A DNA stretch of 64,000 nucleotides. Origin: Gammaproteobacteria bacterium. Its GTDB lineage: Bacteria; Pseudomonadota; Gammaproteobacteria; Magnimaribacterales; AG-339-G14. Shown here piece by piece: positions 53,152 to 63,361 of the stretch. The stretch spans positions 11,754-75,753 of the forward strand of contig JBJLHG010000001.1 in assembly GCA_045564455.1 (NCBI GenBank), given 5' to 3'. Made by a program: the position numbers and the translations under genes. Below the pieces are notes generated by a model that saw only the letters and a program-made list of their open reading frames with translations, was not told the origin of the DNA and searched no databases. Each line of letters starts with the position of its first letter. The first letter of the stretch is position 1.

Positions 53152-54336
53152 ATGAATTTTAAAGTAAAAACACATAATGCCATAGCTGATAGTGGAATTT
53201 CGGTTCTAAAAGGAGAAAATTTTTTAATATCTGAAGAAGAAAATGATCCTGATGCAATCATCTTGAGAAGTTATAAATTGCCTGAAGATGAATTATCAAT
53301 TTCCTTAAAAGCGGTAGCTAGAGCTGGAGCTGGTTATAACAATGTTCCAGTAAGCAAGTGTTCCGAATTAGGAATAGTTGTATTTAATACTCCCGGGGCT
53401 AATGCTAATGCAGTAAAAGAAATTGTTCTTGCTGGATTGTTAATGTCTTCGAGAGGAATTTTTGCAGGAGCAAACTTCATAAAAGGGATTGAAGGAATTT
53501 CAGCAGATGACTTAAAGTCTCATGTTGAAAGCGGTAAAAAAGAATTTAAAGGTAGAGAGTTAAAAGACGGTACTTTAGGGGTAGTCGGTATGGGAGCTAT
53601 TGGCGCTCAAGTTGCAAATATGGGAGTTATGCTAGATATGAATGTTTTAGGCTATGATCCTGCCATAACTATAGAAGCCGCTTGGAAATTACCTAATAAA
53701 GTTTCTAAAAGCGATGATTTAAAGTCAGTTTTCATGAACTCTGATTACGTTACACTGCATGTCCCTGCGATAGAATCCACGAAAAATTTAGTAGATAAAG
53801 ATTTATTGAGTGCTTGTAAGCCAGGTCTAAAATTAATTAACTTTGCCAGGGACGAAATTGTAGATTCTATAGCAATCATTGAAGCTCTTGAATCTGGACA
53901 GCTAGGAAGCTACGTTACTGATTTTGCTGATCTAGAACTAATAGAAAGATCTAATTCTCACGGTGATGTGATTATTTTTCCTCATATAGGAGCTAGCACA
54001 AAGCAAGCTGAAGAAAACTGCTCAGTTATGGCAGCAAATCAACTCAAAGATTTTTTAGAAAACGGAAATATAAAAAATTCAGTTAATTTTCCTGAATTAG
54101 TTGAATCTAGAAAGTCCAAATACAGAATAACCGTGTCAAATAAGAATGTTGCTGGAATGATTGGTCAGATAACAACTGTCTTAGCTGATAATAATTTAAA
54201 TATCATAGAGATGATTAATAAAAGCAGAGATGATATTGCATATAATGTAATTGATTTAGATTCAAAAGCATCCGAAAAAGTTATATCCGATTTATCGGCT
54301 TTGAATGATGTAATATCGGTAAGAGGAATATCTTAA
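53152..54336 (+). CDS. D-3-phosphoglycerate dehydrogenase-like 2-hydroxyacid dehydrogenase with C-terminal ACT domain
   Basis: 394 aa (GVVGMGAIG NAD site, ...HIGAST). ACT-like C-terminus (ITVSNKNVAGMIGQITTVLADNNLNI). Confidence 0.75.
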   Translation: MNFKVKTHNAIADSGISVLKGENFLISEEENDPDAIILRSYKLPEDELSISLKAVARAGAGYNNVPVSKCSELGIVVFNTPGANANAVKEIVLAGLLMSSRGIFAGANFIKGIEGISADDLKSHVESGKKEFKGRELKDGTLGVVGMGAIGAQVANMGVMLDMNVLGYDPAITIEAAWKLPNKVSKSDDLKSVFMNSDYVTLHVPAIESTKNLVDKDLLSACKPGLKLINFARDEIVDSIAIIEALESGQLGSYVTDFADLELIERSNSHGDVIIFPHIGASTKQAEENCSVMAANQLKDFLENGNIKNSVNFPELVESRKSKYRITVSNKNVAGMIGQITTVLADNNLNIIEMINKSRDDIAYNVIDLDSKASEKVISDLSALNDVISVRGIS

Positions 54337-55098
54337 ATGAACACTAGTAAACCTGTAGCAATAATAACTGGTTCAAGCAGAGGCGTTGGGGCTGAAGTCG
54401 CAAAAAAACTCTCTTCAAAAGGGTGGAATATAACAATCACATGTTCTAATTCAATAGATTCTGCCAACGAAGTTGCAAAAAGTTGTGAATTGTTAGGAGC
54501 TGAAGTATTGATAATTAAGTCAGATGTATCCAATGCAGCTGATTGTATAAATGTAGTTAAAAAAACATCAGAAAAGTGGGGAAAAATAGATTCTTTAATT
54601 AATAATGCAGGCACTACTAAATTCAATGCTCATCATGAGTTAGATGGACTTTCTGCAGATGATTTTTTAAAACTTTATAGCGTTAATACGGTTGGACCTT
54701 ATTTGATGATAAAAGAAGCTCACTCACTATTGTTAAAAAGTCCAATTGCAAGTGTAGTTAATATTGCCTCCATAGCAGGAGTTACCGGTATAGGGAGTTC
54801 AGTAGCTTATGCAGCTTCTAAAGGAGCATTAATAACCATGACTAAATCTCTAGCAAGAGCTTTAGGCCCCATTCGAGTAAACGCGATCTGTCCGGGATTC
54901 ATTCAAGGAGACTGGTTAAAAAATGGTTTAGGAGAAGAAGTATATGAGATGGTAAAAAAAGCCACTGAAGATGCGACGCCTTTGAGTCTATGCGTAACTG
55001 CAGAGCAAGTAGCTGATTCAATATGTTATTTTGCTCAAGACGCTGTAACAACAACAGGTGAAACTCTATTACTAGATGGCGGAGCTCACTTAAGTTAA
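54337..55098 (+). CDS. Short-chain dehydrogenase/reductase (FabG-like)
   Basis: 253 aa (ITGSSRGVG, NNAG, YAASK). Confidence 0.8.
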   Translation: MNTSKPVAIITGSSRGVGAEVAKKLSSKGWNITITCSNSIDSANEVAKSCELLGAEVLIIKSDVSNAADCINVVKKTSEKWGKIDSLINNAGTTKFNAHHELDGLSADDFLKLYSVNTVGPYLMIKEAHSLLLKSPIASVVNIASIAGVTGIGSSVAYAASKGALITMTKSLARALGPIRVNAICPGFIQGDWLKNGLGEEVYEMVKKATEDATPLSLCVTAEQVADSICYFAQDAVTTTGETLLLDGGAHLS

Positions 55099-55130
55099 TT
55101 AATATATAAAATTATTGCTCTTAAGTTATT

Positions 55131-55189
55131 GATTTTTAATTAATAAAAAAAATCAAGATTTTTATTCTTTTTATAAGATTATTTTTAAC
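55131..55189. repeat. Three AT-rich 13-mer-like repeats
   Basis: GATTTTTAATTAA (55131), GATTTTTATTCTT (55157) and GATTATTTTTAAC (55177). These loosely resemble the E. coli DUE 13-mer GATCTnTTnTTTT. Confidence 0.3.
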
Positions 55190-55419
55190 TAAAAAAATTT
55201 TTTTTTATTCTAATTCTTGAATTATTTTCTCAAGTTACACACAACACTTACCTCATAAACAATTAACTGAATATCCATTGCATAAAAATTATGTATATCG
55301 ATGCAGTTTTCTATATTTTTTTAAATTATTGATTTTATTGGCTTTTTTTAATTGATCAAAAATTGATCAATTTAAGTAAAGCCTTTTTGTTTAAAAGGGT
55401 TTCAGATTGTCAAAAATTT

Positions 55420-55454
55420 TTATCCAAAGACTTATCCACAGATTCTGTGGATAA
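55420..55454. promoter_or_regulatory. Cluster of three DnaA boxes (two perfect, inverted; one 8/9)
   Basis: TTATCCAAA (55420-55428), TTATCCACA (55432-55440) and TGTGGATAA (55446-55454), against consensus TTATCCACA. A further TTACACACA lies at 55235-55243. Confidence 0.5.
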
Positions 55455-55481
55455 AAAAAACTGCTTTGGTAGGATATAAAT

Positions 55482-56153
55482 ATGGAGTTCAAATTGCCAG
55501 AAAATTGGAAAATTTTTTTAGAAAATGAAGACGAAAAAGAGTATATGTTATCGCTTAAAGGCAGTCTTTTTGAAGGATTTAAAAATCAAAGAAAAATCTA
55601 CCCTGAAGCCAGAAATATTTTTAGAGCTTTTGAACTAACACCTTCTAATAAAACTAAAGTAGTAATTTTAGGACAAGATCCCTATCATGGAATTAATCAA
55701 GCAAATGGTCTCAGCTTTTCTGTTGGTGAAAACATCAAAATCCCTCCTTCACTTAAAAATATTTTTAAAGAAATTTATACTGATCTGGGAATAGTTAATA
55801 AATCTAACGGAGAATTGTCTTCATGGGCTAATCAAGGCGTTCTTTTACTTAACTCAGTTTTAACTGTTGAAGATAGCCAGCCTGGAATTCATTCAAATTT
55901 GGGATGGGAAACATTCACCGACAAAGTCATTCATAAATTAGGCGAAGAAGAAGATATTGTTTTTATGCTCTGGGGAAAATTTGCATCAAATAAAACTAAA
56001 TTTATAAATCCGGATAAAAATTTAATCTTAAGTTCTTCTCATCCATCACCATTATCTGCTTACAGAGGGTTTTTTGGCTCTAAACATTTTAGTAAATGCA
56101 ATGAATACTTATCTTCTAAAAACAAAGAGAAAATAAATTGGAAAATTAAATGA
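55482..56153 (+). CDS. ung: Uracil-DNA glycosylase
   Basis: 223 aa (VVILGQDPYHG, GLSFSV, LLLN, HPSPLSA). Confidence 0.92.
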   Translation: MEFKLPENWKIFLENEDEKEYMLSLKGSLFEGFKNQRKIYPEARNIFRAFELTPSNKTKVVILGQDPYHGINQANGLSFSVGENIKIPPSLKNIFKEIYTDLGIVNKSNGELSSWANQGVLLLNSVLTVEDSQPGIHSNLGWETFTDKVIHKLGEEEDIVFMLWGKFASNKTKFINPDKNLILSSSHPSPLSAYRGFFGSKHFSKCNEYLSSKNKEKINWKIK

Positions 56154-56844
56154 TATCTAAGCTTTTAAAGGCAAGTTCTCTCCCTTCTTCTAGAAAAAAA
56201 ATATTTTTTAGATTTGACTTATTTTTTAAAGAAATTAGCCCCATTTTATTTGAATAGATAATTATTTGACCTACTTTTCTACCTGAACTATCTTGAATAA
56301 TTTGAGATGGCTTAAGCAATTCATTTGATTCAATCTCAAATCTAGCCAAAGCAAACTTCAACTTACCTCGATAATGCATTCTGGCTATTACTTCTTGACC
56401 GGTAAAACATCCTTTTTCAAAATTGACAATATTATTCTTATGATAATTTAGCTCATGAGGAGTATATTTTTCTGACAAATCGACAGAAATCTCTGCCTTG
56501 CCATTTTCTATACAATATTCATTCCATGCCTCGAAATTCATAATTTTAATTCTTCTATCAACTGATTTTGAAAAAGACATTTTTACTTTAAAAAAAACAG
56601 AATATTTTTCTAAGTGACTCAAAAATTTATGCGATAACGAATCTAAAATAGCAATTAAAAAGCCATCTTCAATTTTTTTTATCATAAAAAAAGCAATAAC
56701 TCTCCCTTGGACATTGCAAACAGCGCTTTCTATGAAATTATTATCTGATAATAAGGAGATATCGTTAGTTATTTGACCTTGAAGAAATTCATCAGAATCT
56801 TTACCTTTGATAAGTATAATGCTGTGATTAGAAGAAATATTCAT
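56146..56844 (-). CDS. ygfZ: Folate-binding protein YgfZ (short form)
   Basis: 232 aa with the signature EKGCFTGQEVIARMHYRGKLK. Divergent from sdhE as in E. coli. Confidence 0.7.
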   Translation of the reverse strand: MNISSNHSIILIKGKDSDEFLQGQITNDISLLSDNNFIESAVCNVQGRVIAFFMIKKIEDGFLIAILDSLSHKFLSHLEKYSVFFKVKMSFSKSVDRRIKIMNFEAWNEYCIENGKAEISVDLSEKYTPHELNYHKNNIVNFEKGCFTGQEVIARMHYRGKLKFALARFEIESNELLKPSQIIQDSSGRKVGQIIIYSNKMGLISLKNKSNLKNIFFLEEGRELAFKSLDII

Positions 56845-56867
56845 TTATCAATTATCTTAACAATTTT

Positions 56868-57131
56868 ATGACTGAAAAAGAGAATTTAGAAATCTTTAGT
56901 AAAGCTAAATTTAAAAGTAGAAGAGGTCTAAATGAATTAGACCAGATATTTGTTCCGTTTGTTTTAGAACAATTTAATAATCTCGATTTACACGAAAAAA
57001 AACTATTTATAAAGTTACTTGAATGGGAAGATATTGATTTAGCGGACATAATTCTTTATAAAAAAGAAATTAAAGATATGGCCTTTGAAGAAGTTTTTAA
57101 AAAAATAATTAAGTTTTCTAGTGAAATTTAG
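56868..57131 (+). CDS. sdhE: FAD assembly factor SdhE (YgfY)
   Basis: 87 aa with the RGxxE motif (SRRGLNELD). Confidence 0.75.
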   Translation: MTEKENLEIFSKAKFKSRRGLNELDQIFVPFVLEQFNNLDLHEKKLFIKLLEWEDIDLADIILYKKEIKDMAFEEVFKKIIKFSSEI

Positions 57132-57133
57132 CT

Positions 57134-57160
57134 GAACTTATGCACAATGCAGCTGTCAAA
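57134..57160 (+). promoter_or_regulatory. Candidate sigma-E-dependent (autoregulated) promoter of rpoE
   Basis: GAACTT (57134-57139), a 16-nt spacer, then TCAAA (57156-57160), against the remembered consensus GGAACTT-N16-TCAAA. Lies 17 nt upstream of the rpoE ATG. Confidence 0.55.
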
Positions 57161-57176
57161 AGATAAAAAGACATAA

Positions 57177-57758
57177 ATGAAAGATGATATAGCTCTTGTA
57201 AATTTGGTCAAAAAGGGTGACAAAAAGGCCTACAACGTACTTGTTTTGAAGTATCAAGACAGGCTAGTTTTTTCTGTCTATAAGTTTTTGAAAGATTATG
57301 AATTGGCCCAAGATATAGCTCAAGAGGCTTTCATTAAAGCTTATAAAAGCATAGATAAATTTCGCGGAGATAGTCAGTTCTACACATGGATTTACAGAAT
57401 AGCAATTAACACTGCAAAAAATGTTCTTTCAACCAAAGCTAGAGCTTCTGAAGTTTATGATAATGATACAACAGATCAGTTGTTGTCAGAATCAGCTACA
57501 ACATCAGAAAATCCAGAAAACATTCTTCAAGCAGATCAGTTACGATCAACTATAAACAACGCATTACAAAGTTTGCCAGAAGATATAAGAGTTACATTGA
57601 GTTTAAGAGAATACGATGGACTTAGTTATGAAGAAATTGCTGGTGTTTTGAAATGTCCTATTGGAACTGTTCGTTCAAGAATACACAAAGGTCGAGAAAT
57701 GTTAGATAAAACTTTTTTACGATACAACCAGTCTAATGTTGAGGTAAGTAAATTATGA
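57177..57758 (+). CDS. rpoE: ECF sigma factor sigma-E (RpoE/AlgU)
   Basis: 193 aa (region 2 FRGDSQFYTWIYRIAINTAKN, region 4 SYEEIAGVLKCPIGTVRSRIHKGRE). Confidence 0.9.
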   Translation: MKDDIALVNLVKKGDKKAYNVLVLKYQDRLVFSVYKFLKDYELAQDIAQEAFIKAYKSIDKFRGDSQFYTWIYRIAINTAKNVLSTKARASEVYDNDTTDQLLSESATTSENPENILQADQLRSTINNALQSLPEDIRVTLSLREYDGLSYEEIAGVLKCPIGTVRSRIHKGREMLDKTFLRYNQSNVEVSKL

Positions 57759-58477
57759 ATGAAACTTTAGAGCAAAAACTTTCTCTATTATTAGACGGGG
57801 AAGTAACACCTTTTGAAACAAAAAGGCTAGTTGATGAAATTAACTGCAATCCTCGCATCAAAGCTCTTTGGCTAAGGATGAATAAACAAAGAGCCGCTCT
57901 TAGAGGGGAGCTTATAGATCCATCAATGGATCTTTCTCAATACGTAATGTCTAGTATATCTTCTAATCAAACTTCTTATTTCTCACAAAAAACTCTTTCT
58001 TGGCGACATTTAGATGTGTTTTCGAAGCATTATTTAAAGGCATGCTGTTATTTATTAGGTTTTTTTACAGTTCTTTCAATGCCTCTAATAAATTTAAATA
58101 ACTTTCAACTTTCTTCCTCATCTTCCTCTTCTCTTTCAAAAAACTCCGCTCCAATCAATACAACATTAATGCCAAATTTAAGCAATGAATCACTGCTAGT
58201 TGATTTAGGCTCAAGTTTTAACGGTAGCCTAAAAAACTTCAAAAGAATTTCAAGCAATGCTATTGAAGCAAATTATCAATTACTCAATACTAGTGAAGAC
58301 ATAAGAATTAAAGTTTTTTTTAAAGGAGTTTCAGAGCAAGAAAGGTTTAACTTAATGGATAGGGGAATAACTTTTCATGCTAGAGCTGGAAATGCTCCTG
58401 TAGTTCTTAATGTTTCTAGCGACCAAGTTTCAAACAAAAAACTAATTAAAATATCAAACTCTTTTCTAAAGGATTAA
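57755..58477 (+). CDS. Anti-sigma-E factor, RseA/MucA-like
   Basis: 240 aa. N-terminus LSLLLDGEV...NPRIKALW resembles RseA_N. Single central TM segment. ATGA overlap with rpoE. Confidence 0.6.
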   Translation: MNETLEQKLSLLLDGEVTPFETKRLVDEINCNPRIKALWLRMNKQRAALRGELIDPSMDLSQYVMSSISSNQTSYFSQKTLSWRHLDVFSKHYLKACCYLLGFFTVLSMPLINLNNFQLSSSSSSSLSKNSAPINTTLMPNLSNESLLVDLGSSFNGSLKNFKRISSNAIEANYQLLNTSEDIRIKVFFKGVSEQERFNLMDRGITFHARAGNAPVVLNVSSDQVSNKKLIKISNSFLKD

Positions 58478-58483
58478 AGGATT

Positions 58484-59908
58484 ATGACAAGCAGAAAAAC
58501 CTTAATTGCTTTCATAGCAATTTTTTCAGTAAATATTTTTTCTTTTTCCCCTTCAGATTCATCTAATTTACCTAACTTTGCTGCTTTGGCAGAACAGACA
58601 TCGCCTGCAGTAGTCAATGTTAGTGTAACTAAAACAATAAAAAGAATTGGTAACCAAGGAATGAGGTCAAGAAGTCCTTTTCCTCCAGGGAGTCCATTTG
58701 AAGATTTTTTTAATTTTCCTTTCGAGGAAAGAACTCAACCCGAAAGAAAGGTGCAGTCTGGAGGCTCAGGATTTATTATTTCTAAAGATGGATTTATCTT
58801 AACGAATCATCATGTAATCGAAGACGCTTCTGAAATAACTATCAGCCTCAATGATAGAAGAGAATTCAAAGCAAAGTTAATTGGCAGTGATAAAAAATCA
58901 GATGTTGCTGTTCTTAAAATCAAATCTGATAGAGATTTGCCATTTCTAAACTTGGGCAACTCTGATGAAGCAAGGGTAGGGGATTGGGTTGTAGCAATAG
59001 GCTCACCTTATAGATTAAATTTTTCAGTTACAGCCGGTATTATTAGCGCCAAAACTAGAAGTGTTCCTGGACAAGAAACGTCTTACATCCCATTCATTCA
59101 ATCGGATGTTGCTATCAATCCGGGAAATTCAGGCGGTCCTTTATTCAATTTGAAGGGAGAGGTTATAGGGATAAATGCAATGATTTATTCAGGTTCAGGT
59201 GGGTACATGGGAATTTCTTTCACCATACCTATGAACTATGCAAAAGAAATAGTAGACCAAATTAAGGATTCCGGTTTAGTAGCTAGAGGTTGGCTTGGAG
59301 TAAGTGTTCAAGAAATAACAAAAGATTTAGCAGACTCGTTCAAATTAGGCACTCCTAGAGGGGCTTTGGTAGGTAGCGTTATGAGAGATAGCCCAGCTGA
59401 AAAAGCAGGTTTTGAAAATGGAGATGTAATTTTAGAATTTAATGATAAAAAAATTATTTATTCGGGTGATCTTCCTCTGATAGTTGGAAGAATTAAACCA
59501 GAAACTAATGTAAACGCTTTAGTTTATCGAAATGGGAAAGAAAAGATTATTCCTGTAATAATCGGTCAATTAGATGAGCCTACAAAAAATGAAGCATTGC
59601 CTGTAGAAACCTTAAAAAAACAGAACAAATTAGGCATTGTTGTTTCCTCAATTGAGGAGATACCCAAAGAAGACAAAGAGAGATTAAATTTATCTTATGG
59701 AGTAATTGTTAAAGAGATATATTCTGGCCCAGCTAAAGAAGCAGGCATACAAATAGGAGATATAATTACTTCAATAGCTCAAAAAAATATTAAAAACCTT
59801 AAAGATTATAAAAATGCTGTAAGCTCTTTAAAAAAGAATTCGAGCGTACCAGTAAGAATAGTTAGACAAGGAAACGGTTCTTTTATAACGATAAAAATCT
59901 CAAAATAG
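58484..59908 (+). CDS. degP: Periplasmic serine endoprotease DegP/MucD (two PDZ domains)
   Basis: 474 aa with the catalytic triad context (TNHHVI, D.AVLKI, GNSGGPL). Confidence 0.9.
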   Translation: MTSRKTLIAFIAIFSVNIFSFSPSDSSNLPNFAALAEQTSPAVVNVSVTKTIKRIGNQGMRSRSPFPPGSPFEDFFNFPFEERTQPERKVQSGGSGFIISKDGFILTNHHVIEDASEITISLNDRREFKAKLIGSDKKSDVAVLKIKSDRDLPFLNLGNSDEARVGDWVVAIGSPYRLNFSVTAGIISAKTRSVPGQETSYIPFIQSDVAINPGNSGGPLFNLKGEVIGINAMIYSGSGGYMGISFTIPMNYAKEIVDQIKDSGLVARGWLGVSVQEITKDLADSFKLGTPRGALVGSVMRDSPAEKAGFENGDVILEFNDKKIIYSGDLPLIVGRIKPETNVNALVYRNGKEKIIPVIIGQLDEPTKNEALPVETLKKQNKLGIVVSSIEEIPKEDKERLNLSYGVIVKEIYSGPAKEAGIQIGDIITSIAQKNIKNLKDYKNAVSSLKKNSSVPVRIVRQGNGSFITIKISK

Positions 59909-59922
59909 GAGATAATCCTTCC

Positions 59923-61722
59923 ATGCCAAAGCATGAGAATATAGAAGAGACTAGGAATTTTTCAATTGTTGCACATATTGATCATGGAAAATCTACATTA
60001 GCTGATAGATTAATAGAGTTTTGCGGTGGTCTTAGTAATAGAGAAATGCAAAGTCAGGTCTTGGATTCTCTTGATATTGAAAGAGAGCGAGGGATTACAA
60101 TTAAAGCTCAATCAGTCGCCTTGAAATATAAATCGGGTAATAAATCCTTTAATTTAAATTTGATCGATACTCCTGGACATGTAGATTTCGCATACGAAGT
60201 TTCAAGATCTCTAGCAGCTTGTGAAGGAGCAATATTGTTAGTAGATGCCTCTCAAGGAGTAGAGGCACAAACACTGTCAACTTGCTATAACGCTATTGAG
60301 CAAGGATTAACTATTTTCCCTGTATTGAATAAAATAGACTTGCCTCAGTCAGATCCGGAGAGAGTAAAAAAAGAAATTGAAGAAATAATAGGAATTGATG
60401 CTTCAAATGCGCCTGTTATAAGTGCAAAAAATGGCCAAGGGATAGAAGAACTATTAGATATGTTAGTTTCTTTTGTCCCGGCCCCAGAAGGAGATCCTAA
60501 TGCTCCTTTAGAAGCTCTGATAATAGATTCTTGGTTTGATCAATATCTAGGAGTAGTTTCTTTGGTGAGGGTGGTAAATGGAGTGCTATTAGCAGGCGAA
60601 AAAATTAAATTAAGCTCTAATAAGAATATTCACATAGCTGAAAAAGTCGGAGTTTTTACTCCTAAAAGGCTAGAAAAAAATGAATTAAGTGCTGGAGAAG
60701 TAGGTTTTATTTGTGCTGGAGTTAGAGACATAAGAGGCGCTCCAGTAGGAGATACGATTACACACCCAGCTCATGACAAAGCCTTGCCAGGATTTAAACC
60801 TGTTAAGCCCCAAGTTTATGCTGCTTTATATCCTCTAGACTCGGCTGAATTTGAATTATTTAGAGAATCTTTAGAGAGGCTCTCTTTGAATGATGCTGCT
60901 TTAACATTTCAACCTGAACAATCACAAGCTTTAGGCTCAGGTTTCAGATGTGGTTTCCTTGGAACACTTCATATGGAAATAATTATTGAGAGACTTCAAG
61001 GAGAGCATGGAATAGAACTTTTGGCTACAGCACCAACTGTAATATATGAAATATTAAATACATCGGGAGAATTGTTAGAAGTAGAAAATCCCAGCAAATA
61101 TCCAGACCCAAGCATTATTGATGAAGTAAGAGAGCCTATTGCCAGAGCCACAATGTTGGTGCCAGAAAAATATATCGGAAATGTAATTTCTTTGTGCGTT
61201 GAAAGGAGAGGCGTTCAAAAATCATTGAGATATGTTGGAGGACAAATTGAATTAATTTATGAAATGCCAATGAATGAAATAGTTTTAGATTTTTTTGATA
61301 AGTTAAAATCTTCAAGTAAAGGCTATGCTTCCTTAGATTATGACTTTCTTAGATTTGAGCAAAGTGATATGACTAAGATAGATTTGCTTTTAAATGGCGA
61401 AAAGGTTGATGCTTTAAATTTCATGGTTCATAAATCTAAAGCTGATTTTAGAGCAAGAGAAATTGTAAAATCTTTGCGCGAAGTAATTCCGAGACAAATG
61501 TATGACGTAGCAATTCAAGCTGTTATCGGAAGCAAGGTTTTAGCTAGAGAAACAGTCAAAGCTTATAGAAAAGATGTAACAGCTAAGCTTTATGGAGGAG
61601 ATGTAACAAGAAAGAAAAAATTATTAGAAAAGCAAAAAAAAGGAAAAAAGAAAATGCGTCAAATAGGAAAAGTAGAAGTTCCTCAGGAAGCTTTTCTATC
61701 CGTTCTAAAGGTTAGTAAATGA
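59923..61722 (+). CDS. lepA: Elongation factor 4
   Basis: 599 aa ([26 protein letters not shown]). C-terminal LepA domain. Confidence 0.95.
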   Translation: MPKHENIEETRNFSIVAHIDHGKSTLADRLIEFCGGLSNREMQSQVLDSLDIERERGITIKAQSVALKYKSGNKSFNLNLIDTPGHVDFAYEVSRSLAACEGAILLVDASQGVEAQTLSTCYNAIEQGLTIFPVLNKIDLPQSDPERVKKEIEEIIGIDASNAPVISAKNGQGIEELLDMLVSFVPAPEGDPNAPLEALIIDSWFDQYLGVVSLVRVVNGVLLAGEKIKLSSNKNIHIAEKVGVFTPKRLEKNELSAGEVGFICAGVRDIRGAPVGDTITHPAHDKALPGFKPVKPQVYAALYPLDSAEFELFRESLERLSLNDAALTFQPEQSQALGSGFRCGFLGTLHMEIIIERLQGEHGIELLATAPTVIYEILNTSGELLEVENPSKYPDPSIIDEVREPIARATMLVPEKYIGNVISLCVERRGVQKSLRYVGGQIELIYEMPMNEIVLDFFDKLKSSSKGYASLDYDFLRFEQSDMTKIDLLLNGEKVDALNFMVHKSKADFRAREIVKSLREVIPRQMYDVAIQAVIGSKVLARETVKAYRKDVTAKLYGGDVTRKKKLLEKQKKGKKKMRQIGKVEVPQEAFLSVLKVSK

Positions 61723-62696
61723 GCTATATTTTCTTATTTTATTTTTCTTTATCTGTTTTGGCATTACTCCTAATTGGATGGATTTATTCAGAGAAAAAAT
61801 TAGATGGTAAATTTTCTAAGATTATAAATTGGATTTCTTTTCCATTTCCTTTGGTAGCTCTATACGCAGTTTTTAAATTGAATATAGATTTTGGTTATAT
61901 CTTAGTTTCTATTACATTTTTATCTTTATTGCTATGGTTTTTAGGTCGAGCGATTAATCTTCCAAGTTTAATTAAAGAAGCTAAATCCTTTTTTATTATT
62001 CTGTTATTAATTACATTTTTTAGATCTTTTTTATTTGAACCTTTTCAAATTCCATCAGGGTCAATGTTGCCTCAATTAGAAGTCGGGGATTTCCTAGTTG
62101 TGAATAAATTTAGTTATGGATTAAAAAATCCAATTGGTAATAAAACTATTTTTCCAATAGGTTCTCCAAAAAGAGGTGAAGTGATTGTATTCACTCCTAA
62201 ACATAGCATCTGTAGTTCTAATATAAGCGATGCTTATCCAGATAATTTAGATAAGCTCACAAATTTGCAACTCTTTACATGGCAAAGACTCTTCGATAAC
62301 TGTTCTTCTTTAGGAGTTAAATATGTAAAAAGAGTTATCGGACTACCAGGAGATGAAATAATTTACAAAAACGGTAGTTTTTCCATAAACGGTGCGCCGC
62401 TAAGAAAAGAATTAATAGAAGGAAACTCTAACGAACTGATTCTTCGAGAATTTCAAAATACGAAAAACTATTTAATAAAACAATCTCTAAGCGAAAAAAG
62501 GGATCTTGAAAATATCTGGATTGTTCCTGAAGACTATTATTTTGTAGCAGGAGATAACAGAGATAATAGTTTAGATAGCAGAAGCTGGGGATTTGTTTCC
62601 AAAGAAGACATCACTGGAAAAGCTAACTTTATTTGGATGCATTGGGAATGTCTTGGATGTTTCCCTCAATTTTCAAGAAATAAATTTATAGAATGA
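61719..62696 (+). CDS. lepB: Signal peptidase I
   Basis: 325 aa ([30 protein letters not shown]). Confidence 0.9.
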   Translation: MSYIFLFYFSLSVLALLLIGWIYSEKKLDGKFSKIINWISFPFPLVALYAVFKLNIDFGYILVSITFLSLLLWFLGRAINLPSLIKEAKSFFIILLLITFFRSFLFEPFQIPSGSMLPQLEVGDFLVVNKFSYGLKNPIGNKTIFPIGSPKRGEVIVFTPKHSICSSNISDAYPDNLDKLTNLQLFTWQRLFDNCSSLGVKYVKRVIGLPGDEIIYKNGSFSINGAPLRKELIEGNSNELILREFQNTKNYLIKQSLSEKRDLENIWIVPEDYYFVAGDNRDNSLDSRSWGFVSKEDITGKANFIWMHWECLGCFPQFSRNKFIE

Positions 62697-63361
62697 GCAA
62701 GCAACTTGAATTACTTGAATCTGAACTAAATTATTTTTTTAAAGATAAAGATTTGCTAAGTCTCGCTTTAACTCACAGCAGCAAGTCATCAACAAATAAT
62801 GAAAATCTTGAATTATTAGGAGACTCTTTAATAGGCTTGGCAGTTACAAATTTTTTATTTCATGAATTTAATGATCAAGATGAGGGCTTGCTTAGCCTAT
62901 TGAAATCAAAATTAGTGAGCAGAAGCTTTTTAGCTAAAGTTGCTAAACGAATAAATCTTAATGATTTCATTAAGGTTGGAAAATCAGTAGCGAATGACCA
63001 AAATAAAAGCCATTCTATTTTAGGGAATACTTTTGAGGCTCTGCTAGGAGCAGTATTCTTGGATAGTGATTTTGTGACTGCATCCAATTTAACAATAGCG
63101 TTAATTGCTGATGAAATAGGAACTTTATCGTTGGATGATACAAAAGATTCTAAAACACTTCTTCAAGAAGAGCTTCAAAAAAGAAAATTGAGTACGCCTA
63201 ATTATGATACTAATCAAATTGATGCCAATGAAAAAAATCAATTTAAATCAACCTGCGAAGTAAAGACTTTAAATTTAGTTACAGAGGGTGTCGGAAGAAA
63301 TAAAAAAGAGGCTGACCAAGAAGCAGCATTTAAAATGTTAAATAAACTAACTGAAAAATGA
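62693..63361 (+). CDS. rnc: Ribonuclease III
   Basis: 222 aa (NENLELLGDS signature, FEALLGAVFLD). C-terminal dsRBD. Confidence 0.9.
   Translation: MSKQLELLESELNYFFKDKDLLSLALTHSSKSSTNNENLELLGDSLIGLAVTNFLFHEFNDQDEGLLSLLKSKLVSRSFLAKVAKRINLNDFIKVGKSVANDQNKSHSILGNTFEALLGAVFLDSDFVTASNLTIALIADEIGTLSLDDTKDSKTLLQEELQKRKLSTPNYDTNQIDANEKNQFKSTCEVKTLNLVTEGVGRNKKEADQEAAFKMLNKLTEK

Noticed and set aside
55432-55454. The 9-bp inverted repeat TTATCCACA-gattc-TGTGGATAA as an intrinsic terminator hairpin
   Set aside because: On the + strand it is followed by an A-run, not a T-run. On the - strand the T-run precedes the hairpin rather than following it. No gene ends nearby: the SDR gene stops 330 nt upstream. 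Both arms equal the DnaA-box consensus, so a protein-binding site is the better reading.
55099-55481. Hidden ncRNA (6S, SRP, RNase P, tmRNA) or small CDS in the long spacer
   Set aside because: None of the conserved GC-rich cores of these RNAs are present. Only very short hairpins occur (TGCAT...ATGCA; CCTTTT...AAAAGG). The longest ATG ORFs are under 15 codons and lack an RBS. An unknown sRNA cannot be excluded without expression data.
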